Numbered from the stretch's first letter, positions 15,089 through 25,877 are shown. The stretch is DNA of 64,000 nucleotides from Minisyncoccota bacterium (GCA_022841645.1 JALHRC010000001.1:33346-97345); one strand, 5' to 3'. Numbers and translations: made by a program. Notes: generated from the letters alone by a model not told the origin.

Positions 15089-18000
15089 ATGCGCACGACA
15101 AAAGATGTTGAACGGACCGTGTCGGTCGCCGAGCTTCCAGCCAAGGTGTTTGCCGTCAGTCCCGCGCCGCGGATTGAGCTGCCTGACCTGATTGTTCCCC
15201 AGCGTGATTCCTACCGCTGGTTTATCGAGACCGCCCTTAAGGAAATCTTCACTGAGTTTTCACCTATCTCTGACTACTCAGAGAAAAAGTTCGAGCTGCG
15301 TTTCCGCAAGTACGAGCTCGGTCAGCCAAAGACCACCCCTGAGTTTGCAAAAGAAAACAAGCTCACGTACGAAGCCCCTTTGCGCGCCCAGGTGGTCCTC
15401 AAGAACAAAACGTTCGAGAGTGAGAAAGAGCAGGAAATTTTCTTCACCGACCTCCCGGTGATGACCGAAAACGGCACCTTCATCATCAACGGTGTGGAGC
15501 GTGTGATCGTGCCCCAGCTTGCGCGCAGTTACGGTATCTTTTTTACCGCCAATGAAAGTAAGGGCCGCCAGCTGTTTGGCGCCAAGATCATCCCCGCCCG
15601 TGGCGCGTGGGTAGAGATCGAGTCGGAGGCCGACGGCGTCATCTACGTAAAAATCGACCGCAAGAAGAAATTCCCCGTTTCGTCACTCTTGCGCGTCCTT
15701 GGTGTACAGACCGAGAAAGACATGGTCGCCCTTCTTAAGGGTGTACCGCGTAGTGAGGAGTACCTCAAGGCCACCCTCGCCAAAGACCCAGCGAAAACTA
15801 CCGACGAGTCGTTCATCGAGATTTACAATCGCCTCCGTGATGGTGACCTCGCTACCGTCGAGAACGCCCGTGAATTCGTGCGCTCTATTTTTGCTCCTGA
15901 ACGCTACGACCTCTCAGAAATTGGTCGCCACCACTTCAACGAGCGTTTTGATCGCCCCACCGATAAGAAGACGGTGGAAGGACGAACGGTCTCTGTTGAC
16001 GACATGCGTCTCATTTTGACTCATATCATCACGCAAAACCACGAGCCTGGTGCCCTCCCCGACGACATCGACCACTTGGGCTTCCGCCGCGTCCGCTACT
16101 TTGGTGAAATGCTCCAGCAGCGTGTGCGAGTCGGTATGACGCGCATGAAGCGCAACATCCAGGACCGCATGTCGACCATCGAGGCCGAGACGAGCCTGCC
16201 GATGCAGATCATCAACCCACGCCCACTCCAGGCCGCTATCAAGGAATTCTTTACCACCAACCAGCTCTCGCAGTTTAGCCAGCAGCAAAACATCCTCGCG
16301 GAAATCGAGCACCTACGTACCCTCTCTGCCCTCGGTCCCGGTGGTCTTACACGTGAGCGCGCGGGCTTTGAAGTGCGCGACGTACACCCAAGTCACTATG
16401 GTCGCCTCTGTCCTATCCACACGCCAGAAGGTCCGAACATCGGTCTTATCCTTCGTCTCGCGATGTACTCACGCGTCAACCGCTTTGGCATTATTGAAAC
16501 CCCGTACGTAAAAGTAGAGAAGGGTGTGGTGACCGACGAAGTGGTGTACCTAAACGCGCACGAGGAAGAAAAGTTTAGTATTGCGCACGCCGCAGTCGAG
16601 CTCGACAAAAACGGTAAGATCGTCCCGGAGCTCGTTGAGGCGCGTAAGAAGGGTGACCCACGCGTGATCCCCCGCAAGGACGTCGAGTACATGGACATCG
16701 CTACCAACCAAGCGTTCTCCGTGGCTACTTCGATGATTCCATTCCTCAACCACGACGACGCCAACCGTACGCTCATGGGTAGCAATATGCAGAAGCAGGC
16801 CACACCATGTGTGGTGCCTGAGGCACCGCTCGTGGCAACGGGTGTTGAGGCCATTGCCGCCCGTGATACCGGACGCGTTATCTACGCTGCCGAAGCCGGT
16901 GAAGTGATCGAGTGCGATGCCCTTCACATTGTTGTGAAGGACAGGGATGGTAAGAAACATGAGTACACCCTTACCACCTTCCAGCGTACCAACGACTTTT
17001 CTGCTTTCTACCACCGTCCGGCTGTCCGCGTGGGTGACAAGGTAAAGCGTGGAGATCTCCTCGCTGACACCTCATCGACCGACAAGGGTCAGATTGCGGT
17101 AGGTCAAAACGCACTCGTGGCCTTCATGAGCTGGAACGGTGCGAACTATGAAGACGCTATTGTTATTTCAGAGCGTCTCGTGAAGCAGAGCAAGTTCTCC
17201 ACCATTCACATCGACGAGCTCGAAGTATCAGTACGTGACACCAAGCTTGGTCCAGAAGTTACCACCTCTGACATCCCTAACGTATCTGATGTAAAGCTGC
17301 GCAATCTTGATGAAGACGGTGTGATTCGCATCGGTGCCGAGGTCCGTCCCGGTGACATTTTGGTCGGTAAGGTAACGCCCAAGGGAGAGACCCAGCTCAC
17401 GCCGGAAGAGCGTCTCCTCCGTTCTATCTTCGGTGAAAAGGCGAAGGACGTGAAGGACACGAGTTTGCGCCTTGAAGCTGGTAAGCGTGGTCGCATCATC
17501 GGCGTGAAGGTCTTCTCGCGCGAGCATGGTGACCAGCTCGAGAGCGGTGTCATCAAGCGCATTCATATTACGGTCGCGCAGGTGCGCAATGTCTCGGTAG
17601 GCGACAAACTCGCGGGACGTCACGGTAACAAGGGTGTTATTTCACGCATCTTGCCGGAAGAAGATATGCCATACACCGAAGATGGTCGTCCAATCGACGT
17701 CCTCCTCACACCACTCGGCGTACCGTCACGTATGAACCTCGGTCAGATTCTTGAACTCCACCTTGGCATGGCCGCTAACACGCTTGGCTATCAGGCGGTG
17801 GTGCCACCATTTGCTGGTGCGTCCGAAGAGCACGTCAAGGCTGAACTCAAAGCTGCCGGTCTCCCGTCTGACGGCAAGATCCAGCTCCGTGACGGTCAGA
17901 CTGGTGAGCCGTTTGCGCAGAAAACAGCCGTAGGGTACATGTATATCTTGAAGCTCCATCACATGGTGGAAGACAAAATCCACATGCGCTCGATTGGGCC

Positions 18001-18310
18001 GTACTCGCTCATTACCCAGCAGCCACTCGGTGGTAAGGCGCAGGTGGGTGGTCAGCGTTTTGGAGAAATGGAAGTGTGGGCGCTTCTTGGTTACGGTGCC
18101 GCCTACACGCTCCGTGAAATGCTCACTATCAAGTCTGACGACATCGTGGGTCGTAGTGCGGCTTTCGACGCGATTGTGCGTGGCGAGAAGATCAGTCATC
18201 CACATACTCCGGCTGCTTTCAATGTGCTCGTCAACCAGTTGCGCGGACTTTCGCTCGATGTCCGTCTTGATAAGGAAGAAGCACCGCGCCGTACTTATGA
18301 GAATGCCTAA
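15089..18310 (+). CDS. rpoB: DNA-directed RNA polymerase subunit beta
   Basis: 1073 aa with all conserved RpoB blocks (e.g. ...GRHGNKGVISRILP..., ...GGQRFGEMEVWAL...). Notably compact. Confidence 0.95.
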   Translation: MRTTKDVERTVSVAELPAKVFAVSPAPRIELPDLIVPQRDSYRWFIETALKEIFTEFSPISDYSEKKFELRFRKYELGQPKTTPEFAKENKLTYEAPLRAQVVLKNKTFESEKEQEIFFTDLPVMTENGTFIINGVERVIVPQLARSYGIFFTANESKGRQLFGAKIIPARGAWVEIESEADGVIYVKIDRKKKFPVSSLLRVLGVQTEKDMVALLKGVPRSEEYLKATLAKDPAKTTDESFIEIYNRLRDGDLATVENAREFVRSIFAPERYDLSEIGRHHFNERFDRPTDKKTVEGRTVSVDDMRLILTHIITQNHEPGALPDDIDHLGFRRVRYFGEMLQQRVRVGMTRMKRNIQDRMSTIEAETSLPMQIINPRPLQAAIKEFFTTNQLSQFSQQQNILAEIEHLRTLSALGPGGLTRERAGFEVRDVHPSHYGRLCPIHTPEGPNIGLILRLAMYSRVNRFGIIETPYVKVEKGVVTDEVVYLNAHEEEKFSIAHAAVELDKNGKIVPELVEARKKGDPRVIPRKDVEYMDIATNQAFSVATSMIPFLNHDDANRTLMGSNMQKQATPCVVPEAPLVATGVEAIAARDTGRVIYAAEAGEVIECDALHIVVKDRDGKKHEYTLTTFQRTNDFSAFYHRPAVRVGDKVKRGDLLADTSSTDKGQIAVGQNALVAFMSWNGANYEDAIVISERLVKQSKFSTIHIDELEVSVRDTKLGPEVTTSDIPNVSDVKLRNLDEDGVIRIGAEVRPGDILVGKVTPKGETQLTPEERLLRSIFGEKAKDVKDTSLRLEAGKRGRIIGVKVFSREHGDQLESGVIKRIHITVAQVRNVSVGDKLAGRHGNKGVISRILPEEDMPYTEDGRPIDVLLTPLGVPSRMNLGQILELHLGMAANTLGYQAVVPPFAGASEEHVKAELKAAGLPSDGKIQLRDGQTGEPFAQKTAVGYMYILKLHHMVEDKIHMRSIGPYSLITQQPLGGKAQVGGQRFGEMEVWALLGYGAAYTLREMLTIKSDDIVGRSAAFDAIVRGEKISHPHTPAAFNVLVNQLRGLSLDVRLDKEEAPRRTYENA

Positions 18311-18315
18311 TTGTA

Positions 18316-21300
18316 GTGCTTATGTCATACGCTCCTCAGTTCAATAAAACACCCGTAGCACCGACCAACTACACCGGCATTAGCCTCAAATTGGCGGCTC
18401 CCGACACCATTCTTGAGTGGTCACACGGCGAGGTAACCAAGCCCGAGACCATCAACTACCGTACCCAGCGCCCAGAAAAGCATGGGCTCTTTGACGAACG
18501 AATTTTCGGTCCCGTCGAAGACTACGAATGTGCATGTAAAAAATATCGCGGTATTCGTTACAAGGGTATTGTCTGTGAGAAGTGTGGAGTAGAAATCACC
18601 CGCGCCATCGTACGTCGTGAACGCATGGGTCATATCGACCTCTGTGTACCAGTCTCCCACATTTGGTTTTTGCGTGGTGTCCCTAGCCGTATCGCGATGG
18701 TGCTTGGTATCACCGCTGCTTCGATCGAGAAAGTAATTTACTTCGCGGGCTATATCGTCACCAAAGTAAGTGAAAGTGAACGCAATCGTATTTTACGTGA
18801 CCTCGACACTGAGTACAAAGCGAAGCTCAAGACCCTCCAAAATGAAGAGGCTAAGATTGCACTCACGACGCGCATGGATGAAACCAAACGCGAAATTGAA
18901 AGTGTGGCGGTGGGTGTCGTGCTCGACGAAGCGCGATTCCACAAGTATTCGATTAAGTACTCGACGCTCTTTGACGCCCGTATTGGTGCGGAGGCTATCT
19001 TTGAACTCTTCAAGCAGATTGATTTGCCAAAGCTTCTCTCGGGCCTCGAGACTGATCGCGAGAAAGCTGGCGCCCTCGAGCGCGCCAAGCTCGACAAGCG
19101 CATCTCACTCGTTCGCGGCATGATTAACGCCGGTGTGCGTCCTGAGTGGATGTTCCTTACTCGCCTTCCGGTAGTACCTCCGGCAATCCGTCCCATGGTC
19201 GCCCTTGAAGGTGGCCGGCATGCCTCAAGTGACCTCAACGATCTCTATCGTCGCGTCATCAACCGCAACAACCGTCTCAAGAAGCTTATCGATATCATGG
19301 CGCCGGACGTGATCTTGCGTAACGAGAAGCGTATTCTGCAAGAAGCGGTCGACGCGCTCATCGACAACTCAATCCGTCACGGTGGTGGTGCCTATTCGGC
19401 CATGAGTCAGGCGCAACGCCGACCGCTGAAGTCACTCTCCGACTACCTCAAGAGTAAGCAAGGCTACTTTCGCCAAAACCTTCTTGGAAAACGTGTCGAC
19501 TATTCGGGTCGTAGTGTGATCGTGATCGGTCCTGAGCTTGCGCTTGATCAGTGTGGTCTTCCAAAGCACATGGCGCTTGAGCTTTTCCGTCCGTTTGTAA
19601 TCGCTGAACTCCTCAAGCAGGAACTCGCGTACAACATCCGTGGCGCCGGTCGACTCATTGAAGATGGCGTTCCTGAGGTATGGGCCATTCTTGAAAATAT
19701 CATCAACAAGAAGCACGTCCTTCTCAACCGAGCACCGACACTCCACCGACAGGGTATCCAAGCGTTTCGTCCGGTACTGATCGAAGGTAACGCTATCCAA
19801 GTGCACCCACTGGTGTGTCGCGCCTTCAACGCCGACTTCGACGGTGACCAGATGGCCGTGCACGTCCCACTCTCAGACGAGGCGCAGCTCGAGGCCAAAG
19901 AAATTATTTCCGCGAACAAGAACATCCTGAAGCCCGGTAGTTCAGAGCCGGTGGTGTCCGAGAAGCTCCTTGATATGGCGCTCGGTGCGTTCTGGATGAC
20001 CAAGATCATTCCTGGCGCCAAGGGCGAAGGCAAGTACTTCGCTTCACCAAATGATGCTATCAACGCGTACGACTACGGCATCATCGATTTGCGCGCCAAG
20101 GTGCATGTACTCTCGACCGATACGCCAAAGTATCGTCAGTACGAAGGTAAGCTCTTCGAGACGTCGGTGGGTCGCCTGCTCTTTAACAGTGTGCTTCCGA
20201 GCGATCACGCCTTCATCAACGACACCGTTGTGCAGCGCACGCTCTTTGGTATCATCATCGATATCATCGACGACCGCGGTGCCGAAGCGGTACCAGCGAT
20301 TGTCGACAAGCTCAAGAAGTTTGGCTTCAAGTACGCAACTATTTCTGGTACGACCTGGGGTATCGACGAAGTGGTAGTACCAAAAGGTAAATCCGCTATC
20401 ATCGACAAAGCGCGGGCTGCGGAGCGTGACGTCTTCTCTCATTTTGATGAGGGCTTGCTCTCCCGCGATGAGCGCCGTCGCATGATCGTCGAGATCTGGC
20501 ACGCCGCCAAGACTGAGCTCGAAAAGATTCTTCCAGAGACGCTCTCAGAAAATGGTTCAGCCTTTGAAATGTGGAAGTCGGGTGCTCGTGGATCGCTCGG
20601 ACAAATTGCCCAGATGGCTGGTATGAAAGGCCTTATCGTCAACACCCGTGGTGAGACACTCGAATTCCCCGTGCTTTCCTCAATGAAGGAAGGTATGACG
20701 CCGATTGAGTACTTTATTACGACGCACGGTTCGCGTAAGGGTCTTGCCGACACCGCGCTGCAGACCGCCAAGGCCGGTTACCTTACGCGTCGTCTCTTCG
20801 TGGTAGCCCAAGATGCTATCGTAACGGAGGCTGATTGTAAGACGAAAGAAGGTACTCGGATTGGACGGGTTTCATCATCCGGTATTGAGATCGCGTTCTC
20901 GAAGGCCATCAAGGGCCGCGTGCTCGCCGAAGACGCTGTCGACAGTAAAGGACGCGTACTCTTCCCGAAGGGACACCTCCTTTCACGTCGTGAAGCACTT
21001 TCCGTCGAAGATGCTACCTGTGAGTCAGTGGTGGTGCGCTCTCCAATGACCTGCAAGACCCTCCGTGGTGTCTGCCAGCAGTGTTATGGTATCGACCTCA
21101 CGACCAATCGCCTGGTCGACATTGGTGAAGCTGTTGGTACGGTAGCCGCGCAGGCGATCGGTGAGCCGGGTACACAGCTTACGATGAACACTAAGCATGC
21201 CGGTGGTGCTGCCTCAGTGGGTGGCGACGTAACATCGGGTCTTCCTCGTGTAGAAGAAGTATTTGAAAAGCGCGCCCCAAAGATCCCCGCAGTGGTCGCT

Positions 21301-21990
21301 AAGTCAGAAGGACTTGTCGTTGACATCAAGACCGTGGGCCGCGAAAAGATCATTATCGTTTCGCCCGACATGACCGCCAAGGGCGCTCCAAAGAAGAAAG
21401 ACAATATCGAGTATGCGGTGCATTATCGTCGCGTCGTGGCGGTCAGCAAGGGCGACACCGTGATCTCAGGCCAGATTATCACCGACGGTTCGGCACTTCT
21501 TCCAGAACTCTTCAAGTTTGGTGGTCAAGAAGTTACCCAGGACTACATCATTTCTGAAGTGAGCAAGATCTACGAGCTTCAGGGTGTAACCATTGCGCGC
21601 AAGCACATCGAGCTCATTGTGAAGCAGATGATGAGCCGCGTAAAAATTAGTGGCACTGGTGACAGTCGCTTCACGGTCGGAGACGTCGTCGAGGAGTGGA
21701 TCTTTGTGGAAGAAAATCTTAAGCTCAAAGAACAAGGCAAGGAGGCGGCGAAAGCGGAGAAGCTCATTCTTGGTATCACCGAGACCTCACTTTCTCGCAA
21801 GAGCTTCCTCTCAGCTGCGTCCTTCCAAAACACTACCCGTGTACTTATCAACGCGGCAGTGCGGGGCAGTGAAGACACCCTTTCGGGCCTTATGGAGAAC
21901 GTCATCATTGGCAAGCTCATCCCTGCCGGCTCCGGCTTTGCCGGCAGCAACAAGGATCTGATGATCAAAGAGATGCAGGCGAAACAGTAG
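18316..21990 (+). CDS. rpoC: DNA-directed RNA polymerase subunit beta'
   Basis: 1224 aa with a zinc-binding CxxC..CxxC N-terminus, NADFDGDQMAVH catalytic loop and trigger loop. Begins 5 nt after rpoB. Confidence 0.95.
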   Translation: MLMSYAPQFNKTPVAPTNYTGISLKLAAPDTILEWSHGEVTKPETINYRTQRPEKHGLFDERIFGPVEDYECACKKYRGIRYKGIVCEKCGVEITRAIVRRERMGHIDLCVPVSHIWFLRGVPSRIAMVLGITAASIEKVIYFAGYIVTKVSESERNRILRDLDTEYKAKLKTLQNEEAKIALTTRMDETKREIESVAVGVVLDEARFHKYSIKYSTLFDARIGAEAIFELFKQIDLPKLLSGLETDREKAGALERAKLDKRISLVRGMINAGVRPEWMFLTRLPVVPPAIRPMVALEGGRHASSDLNDLYRRVINRNNRLKKLIDIMAPDVILRNEKRILQEAVDALIDNSIRHGGGAYSAMSQAQRRPLKSLSDYLKSKQGYFRQNLLGKRVDYSGRSVIVIGPELALDQCGLPKHMALELFRPFVIAELLKQELAYNIRGAGRLIEDGVPEVWAILENIINKKHVLLNRAPTLHRQGIQAFRPVLIEGNAIQVHPLVCRAFNADFDGDQMAVHVPLSDEAQLEAKEIISANKNILKPGSSEPVVSEKLLDMALGAFWMTKIIPGAKGEGKYFASPNDAINAYDYGIIDLRAKVHVLSTDTPKYRQYEGKLFETSVGRLLFNSVLPSDHAFINDTVVQRTLFGIIIDIIDDRGAEAVPAIVDKLKKFGFKYATISGTTWGIDEVVVPKGKSAIIDKARAAERDVFSHFDEGLLSRDERRRMIVEIWHAAKTELEKILPETLSENGSAFEMWKSGARGSLGQIAQMAGMKGLIVNTRGETLEFPVLSSMKEGMTPIEYFITTHGSRKGLADTALQTAKAGYLTRRLFVVAQDAIVTEADCKTKEGTRIGRVSSSGIEIAFSKAIKGRVLAEDAVDSKGRVLFPKGHLLSRREALSVEDATCESVVVRSPMTCKTLRGVCQQCYGIDLTTNRLVDIGEAVGTVAAQAIGEPGTQLTMNTKHAGGAASVGGDVTSGLPRVEEVFEKRAPKIPAVVAKSEGLVVDIKTVGREKIIIVSPDMTAKGAPKKKDNIEYAVHYRRVVAVSKGDTVISGQIITDGSALLPELFKFGGQEVTQDYIISEVSKIYELQGVTIARKHIELIVKQMMSRVKISGTGDSRFTVGDVVEEWIFVEENLKLKEQGKEAAKAEKLILGITETSLSRKSFLSAASFQNTTRVLINAAVRGSEDTLSGLMENVIIGKLIPAGSGFAGSNKDLMIKEMQAKQ

Positions 21991-22034
21991 TTTGAAAGAG
22001 AAAAGAGAATAGCGAAGAGTTAAAATTTAAGAAA

Positions 22035-22070
22035 AACAGCGCGGCACCGTAGGTGCCGCGCTGTTTTTCT
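22035..22070 (+). terminator. Rho-independent terminator after rpoC
   Basis: cagcgcggcacc-gtag-gtgccgcgctg followed by tttttct. Confidence 0.7.
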
Positions 22071-22154
22071 CCGTTGTGAGTCCTGGGTAGTGTTGCCAGT
22101 AGTGCAGGTGTTCGAAGCGCAGCAGCTGATGACTCGGTAAAGGGCGGATGGTGC

Positions 22155-22184
22155 GGGCGGGTCTGGAAACTTCCAGACCCGCCC
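22155..22184. repeat. 13-bp perfect hairpin (gggcgggtctgga-aact-tccagacccgccc)
   Basis: Exact inverted repeat in the rpoC-dnaG spacer. Confidence 0.6.
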
Positions 22185-22212
22185 TTGATTGTCTTCTGCG
22201 ATTAGAAAAGCG

Positions 22213-22256
22213 CAGCAGCACTACTACTATCATGCATGATAGTAGTAGTGCTGCTG
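22213..22256. repeat. 44-nt perfect palindrome centred on ATGCAT
   Basis: cagcagcactactactatcatg|catgatagtagtagtgctgctg, exact. Confidence 0.7.
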
Positions 22257-22431
22257 ATCAAACTGTCTTCACAGGTCTGGCCTGTGTATTCCTAGTGAGC
22301 CCTCGCTCGTAGGGGGGGCATGATGCAAGCTACGCAGTTTACTACGTAATTAGTTACGTAGTTCGCGCGAAGTGTAAAAACGAACACCCCACCGGAGCAG
22401 AGTGCCCGTGGGGTGGGTGGGGGGGGTGGTG

Positions 22432-22587
22432 CTAGCAGCACCCCCCGGTGTTGATGATGGCGACGGCCTGATCGAGGGCTTCCACGGTTCCCTGGAGAGC
22501 CACGGCGAGCGCGACCGCTAGTGCGGCGACTGCCCCGACTGCCAGTAGGCCTGTCAGCAGGTCGTCAAAAAGATCAAGAATTCTCAT
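22432..22587 (-). CDS. Small hydrophobic peptide (51 aa) with strong SD, ending in GGCC
   Basis: Minus strand has gacaatcAGGAGGAtaccgg-ATG. The peptide is MRILDLFDDLLTGLLAVGAVAALAVALAVALQGTVEALDQAVAIINTGGCC. It is too short for the 60-aa ORF track. A G-quadruplex-like ggg-tggg-tgggggggg-tgg run sits at its 3' end. Confidence 0.4.
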   Translation of the reverse strand: MRILDLFDDLLTGLLAVGAVAALAVALAVALQGTVEALDQAVAIINTGGCC

Positions 22588-22686
22588 CCGGTATCCTCCT
22601 GATTGTCTTTAAAGAGTAGCACAAGTACCTTAAAAAAGCAAGTCCCTCACGCCTGGCCTTCAGGGGGCGTATAATGGTGCCACTTT

Positions 22687-24453
22687 ATGTCCGATGCGGT
22701 GCGGCAAGTGAAGGAGCGACTCAATATTATTGATGTGGTTTCGCCGTATGTGGAACTCCACAAGGCGGGGCGGAACTTTAAGGGCAAGTCGCCCTTTAGC
22801 AACGAACGCACCCCATCGTTTTATGTCTCGCCCGAGCGCGGGATGTACTACTGTTTTTCCACGAGCCAGGGTGGCGACATTTTTACCTTCATCCAAGCGA
22901 TGGAGGGGGTCGACTTTAAAGGCGCGTTAAAGATTTTAGCCGAGAAAGCCGGCATCGAGCTTGTTCCCGAGGCACCGGAAAAGCGCAGCGAGCGCGATCG
23001 CCTCTACGCACTCCTTGAAGACACCACGAAGTTTTTTGAAGAGTGGCTGCCGCAAGCAAGTGTTGCTACCGACTATATAAAAAAACGTGGCGTTACGCTT
23101 GCCACGGTTGCTAAGTGGCGTATTGGCTACGCCCCGGGTCCGACCTCAGGTGGCTGGCGGCTTCTTAAAGAACATCTTACCGGGAAAGGGTATGCCGTTA
23201 TCGAGATGCTCAAGGCGGGAATGGTAAAGCCGGGAGTAGACGGCAAGGAGCCGTTTGATGTATTTCGTGACCGGGTGATGTTTCCACTGCGCGACCCCTC
23301 GGGGAAGGTGGTGGGCTTCTCGGGTCGCACACTTACCCCCGACGAGAAAACACCGAAGTACGTTAACTCACCAGAAACTGAGCTCTACAAAAAATCTGAA
23401 CTGCTCTTTGGCTATGACCTCGCTAAAAACGCCATTCGCACCCTCGACTTCTCCCTGATTGTCGAAGGGCAGTTTGATGTCGTGATGAGTCACCAGGCAG
23501 GCTATGGCAACACCGTAGCGGTCTCAGGCACGGCCCTCACCCTTCACCACGTACAACTCCTCGAGCGGCTCTCTACTCGGGTAGTACTTGCCCTTGATGC
23601 CGATCGGGCGGGAATCGCTGCGATGGGCCGCGCAGCCAGTCTCATGCTTGAGCGGGGCTTTGACGTGAAGGTTGCAAAACTCCCACCCGGGGCCGATCCG
23701 GCTGACCTGGTGCGGAGTGATCCGGCGGCACTGAAGGCCGCCGTCGGAGGAGCCTTACCGGTTATCGAATTTCTCCTGGGCCATCTCAAAACTACGGTGA
23801 GCGATGAGCGCGCGTACAAACTACGTGTACGCGAGGAAGTAATTCCGTACATCACGCTTATTCCTAACCGCATCGACCAAGAGCACTTTGTGGGCGTCGT
23901 TGCCGCCGCACTGGGGGTCGGTGTCGAGGCCGTGCGCTATGAGGTGGAGCGTTCGCGCGCCGAACATGAGCGGGAAGTGATAAAAGCAGCCCAGCATGTG
24001 CCGGCGCCAAAGGTGGACGCAGTATCAGAAAATCTGCGAGCCCGTGGTGCTGAGCAGCGGGAGCTGTTTATTTCCTGGCTGGTGGCGGCGGTTGGTCTCT
24101 TGCCAGCGCGCGAGGCGGCCGTCCTCACCACACTCATTACTGAGTGCACCGGAAGCGAACTCGCGGTCCTCCAACAAAACCGTTCGTCTGATGCCCTGGC
24201 GCGCGCTACGATCGACATTGGTAATCGCTACGAGACGCGCAGTGAGCGAGCGCTGCTTGAGGACGTCATTGCTACCCTCAACCTGGTGCGCGACCTGGGG
24301 GTGCGAGAGGCGATTGCCGAACGTAAGATGCTCCTTAGAGAGATCGAAGCGGGTGGGGAGGGAAGTGTGGACACGCTCCTGTCTGAAATCACCCTCCTCG
24401 AGAGCCAGCGCAAGGCCCCTCCCTATACTATTGAGCGTTTCGTGACCACTTGA
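22687..24453 (+). CDS. dnaG: DNA primase
   Basis: N-terminal CHC2 zinc finger (...YYCFSTSQGGDIFTFI...), a Toprim domain (LIVEGQFDVVMSHQAG), and TATAAT at 22663-22668 upstream. Confidence 0.9.
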   Translation: MSDAVRQVKERLNIIDVVSPYVELHKAGRNFKGKSPFSNERTPSFYVSPERGMYYCFSTSQGGDIFTFIQAMEGVDFKGALKILAEKAGIELVPEAPEKRSERDRLYALLEDTTKFFEEWLPQASVATDYIKKRGVTLATVAKWRIGYAPGPTSGGWRLLKEHLTGKGYAVIEMLKAGMVKPGVDGKEPFDVFRDRVMFPLRDPSGKVVGFSGRTLTPDEKTPKYVNSPETELYKKSELLFGYDLAKNAIRTLDFSLIVEGQFDVVMSHQAGYGNTVAVSGTALTLHHVQLLERLSTRVVLALDADRAGIAAMGRAASLMLERGFDVKVAKLPPGADPADLVRSDPAALKAAVGGALPVIEFLLGHLKTTVSDERAYKLRVREEVIPYITLIPNRIDQEHFVGVVAAALGVGVEAVRYEVERSRAEHEREVIKAAQHVPAPKVDAVSENLRARGAEQRELFISWLVAAVGLLPAREAAVLTTLITECTGSELAVLQQNRSSDALARATIDIGNRYETRSERALLEDVIATLNLVRDLGVREAIAERKMLLREIEAGGEGSVDTLLSEITLLESQRKAPPYTIERFVTT

Positions 24454-24519
24454 AAGAAGACCACTTTGAGGGCGTAATAGACTAGACGTAAGCGTTTTTT
24501 TCTGTATAGTGTTCTCACC

Positions 24520-25866
24520 ATGGCTGCCAAAAAGAAAGCCGTCAAAAATAATACTCGGACCAAAAAAGTAGCCCACAAGGCTGCTCCCATCAAAAAGAAG
24601 GTCGCCCCAAAAAAGGCCACCCTAAAGACCACCAAAGCAGCGAAGCGCAGTAATCTCAAAAAGGCGTCCCCAGCGAAGAAACAGCCCGTAGCAAAGAAGT
24701 CGATCTCGACCAAGAAAGTTGCTCCGAAACCCGCCCCTAAAGCGCTGGTGAAGAAGGTGACGCCGGTAAAAGCCGCCCCGCTTTCGCGCGCTGAGAAGCT
24801 CCTTGCTTCTAAAGCAGCCGAGGTGATGCGAATTGGTCGTGAACGTGGGTACGTCACCTACGACGAACTACTGCGCTCATTCCCTGAAATTGAGAAGGAC
24901 ATCAACTTCCTCGAGGAACTGTATGAACGCCTCGCGGCGGCAAAGATTGATGTGCTCCAAAGTGGCGGTATGCTTGGTGATGATCTTAGTACCGACATCA
25001 TTGCGCAAAAGAACGCCTTCAAGCGCAGTGACTCGAGCTACGACTCGATTCAGATGTATCTGCGTGAAATTGGCCAGTACCCGCTTCTTAATGCGCACGA
25101 AGAGCGCGTGCTCGCCAAGCGCATCGTCGACGGTGACGATGAAGCTCGTAACCTACTCGCTCGCGCCAACCTCCGTCTCGTGGTTTCGATTGCGAAGAAG
25201 TATGTTGGTCGCAGCCCTGACCTCACGCTCCTTGACCTCATTCAAGAAGGAAACCTCGGTCTCTTTAAGGCGGTGGATAAGTTCGACTTCACTAAGGGCT
25301 TTAAGTTTTCTACCTACGCCACCTGGTGGATTCGTCAGGCTATTACCCGTGCACTGGCAGACCAGTCGCGCACTATCCGTATTCCGGTCCACATGGTGGA
25401 GACGATGGCGAAGTACAAGCAGGTGAGTCGTCGCCTTGCTCAAGACCTCGGTCGCGATCCGATGCCAGAGGAAATTGCCACCGAGATGGGTGTCGAAGTC
25501 GATAAGATTTACCAAATCGAAAAAATTAGCCAAGACACCATCTCGCTTGAATTGCCGGTAGGCAATGACGACGACGATCGATCACGCCTGTCTGACTTCA
25601 TCAGTGACGATAAAATTATCGCTCCCGACCAGGAGGTAGCGCACAGTATCCTCACCGACCAGATCACGGAGATTTTGGATACTCTCTCTGAGAAAGAGCG
25701 TAAGATTCTCGAGATGCGTCACGGCCTTACCGATGGCACGTACCACACCCTTGAGGAGGTAGGGAAGGAGTTTGGGGTAACGCGCGAGCGCATTCGCCAG
25801 ATCGAAGCCAAAGCGCTCGAAAAAATCCGCCAGCACGAGAAGGCGCGACGGTTGAAGTCGTACTAA
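24520..25866 (+). CDS. rpoD: RNA polymerase sigma-70 (primary sigma factor) with Lys/Ala/Pro-rich N-terminal tail
   Basis: Regions 2-4 are conserved (...[18 protein letters not shown]..., ...[24 protein letters not shown]...). The first ~95 aa are a KKAVK/KKVAPK repeat-like basic tail. Follows dnaG as in the classic dnaG-rpoD operon. Confidence 0.9.
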   Translation: MAAKKKAVKNNTRTKKVAHKAAPIKKKVAPKKATLKTTKAAKRSNLKKASPAKKQPVAKKSISTKKVAPKPAPKALVKKVTPVKAAPLSRAEKLLASKAAEVMRIGRERGYVTYDELLRSFPEIEKDINFLEELYERLAAAKIDVLQSGGMLGDDLSTDIIAQKNAFKRSDSSYDSIQMYLREIGQYPLLNAHEERVLAKRIVDGDDEARNLLARANLRLVVSIAKKYVGRSPDLTLLDLIQEGNLGLFKAVDKFDFTKGFKFSTYATWWIRQAITRALADQSRTIRIPVHMVETMAKYKQVSRRLAQDLGRDPMPEEIATEMGVEVDKIYQIEKISQDTISLELPVGNDDDDRSRLSDFISDDKIIAPDQEVAHSILTDQITEILDTLSEKERKILEMRHGLTDGTYHTLEEVGKEFGVTRERIRQIEAKALEKIRQHEKARRLKSY

Positions 25867-25877
25867 ACACTAAGAAC

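Noticed and set aside
16396-17623. Several 100-150-aa ORFs on the minus strand inside rpoB (e.g. 16396..16854, 16550..17014, 17228..17623)
   Set aside because: They lie antisense to a perfectly conserved rpoB reading frame and have low-complexity composition. They are typical shadow ORFs of a G+C-rich gene.
18750-21968. Antisense and alternative-frame ORFs within rpoC (e.g. 18750..19238, 19548..20063, 21579..21968)
   Set aside because: Same reasoning: they overlap a conserved essential gene, have no motifs, and are Ser/Arg-rich as expected from reading GC-rich codons out of frame.
24520-24810. Lys/Ala/Pro-rich N-terminal ~95 aa of the sigma factor as a separate histone-like gene
   Set aside because: It is in frame and continuous with sigma region 1.2-2. 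Such basic N-terminal tails on the primary sigma factor are a known lineage feature, not a separate gene.
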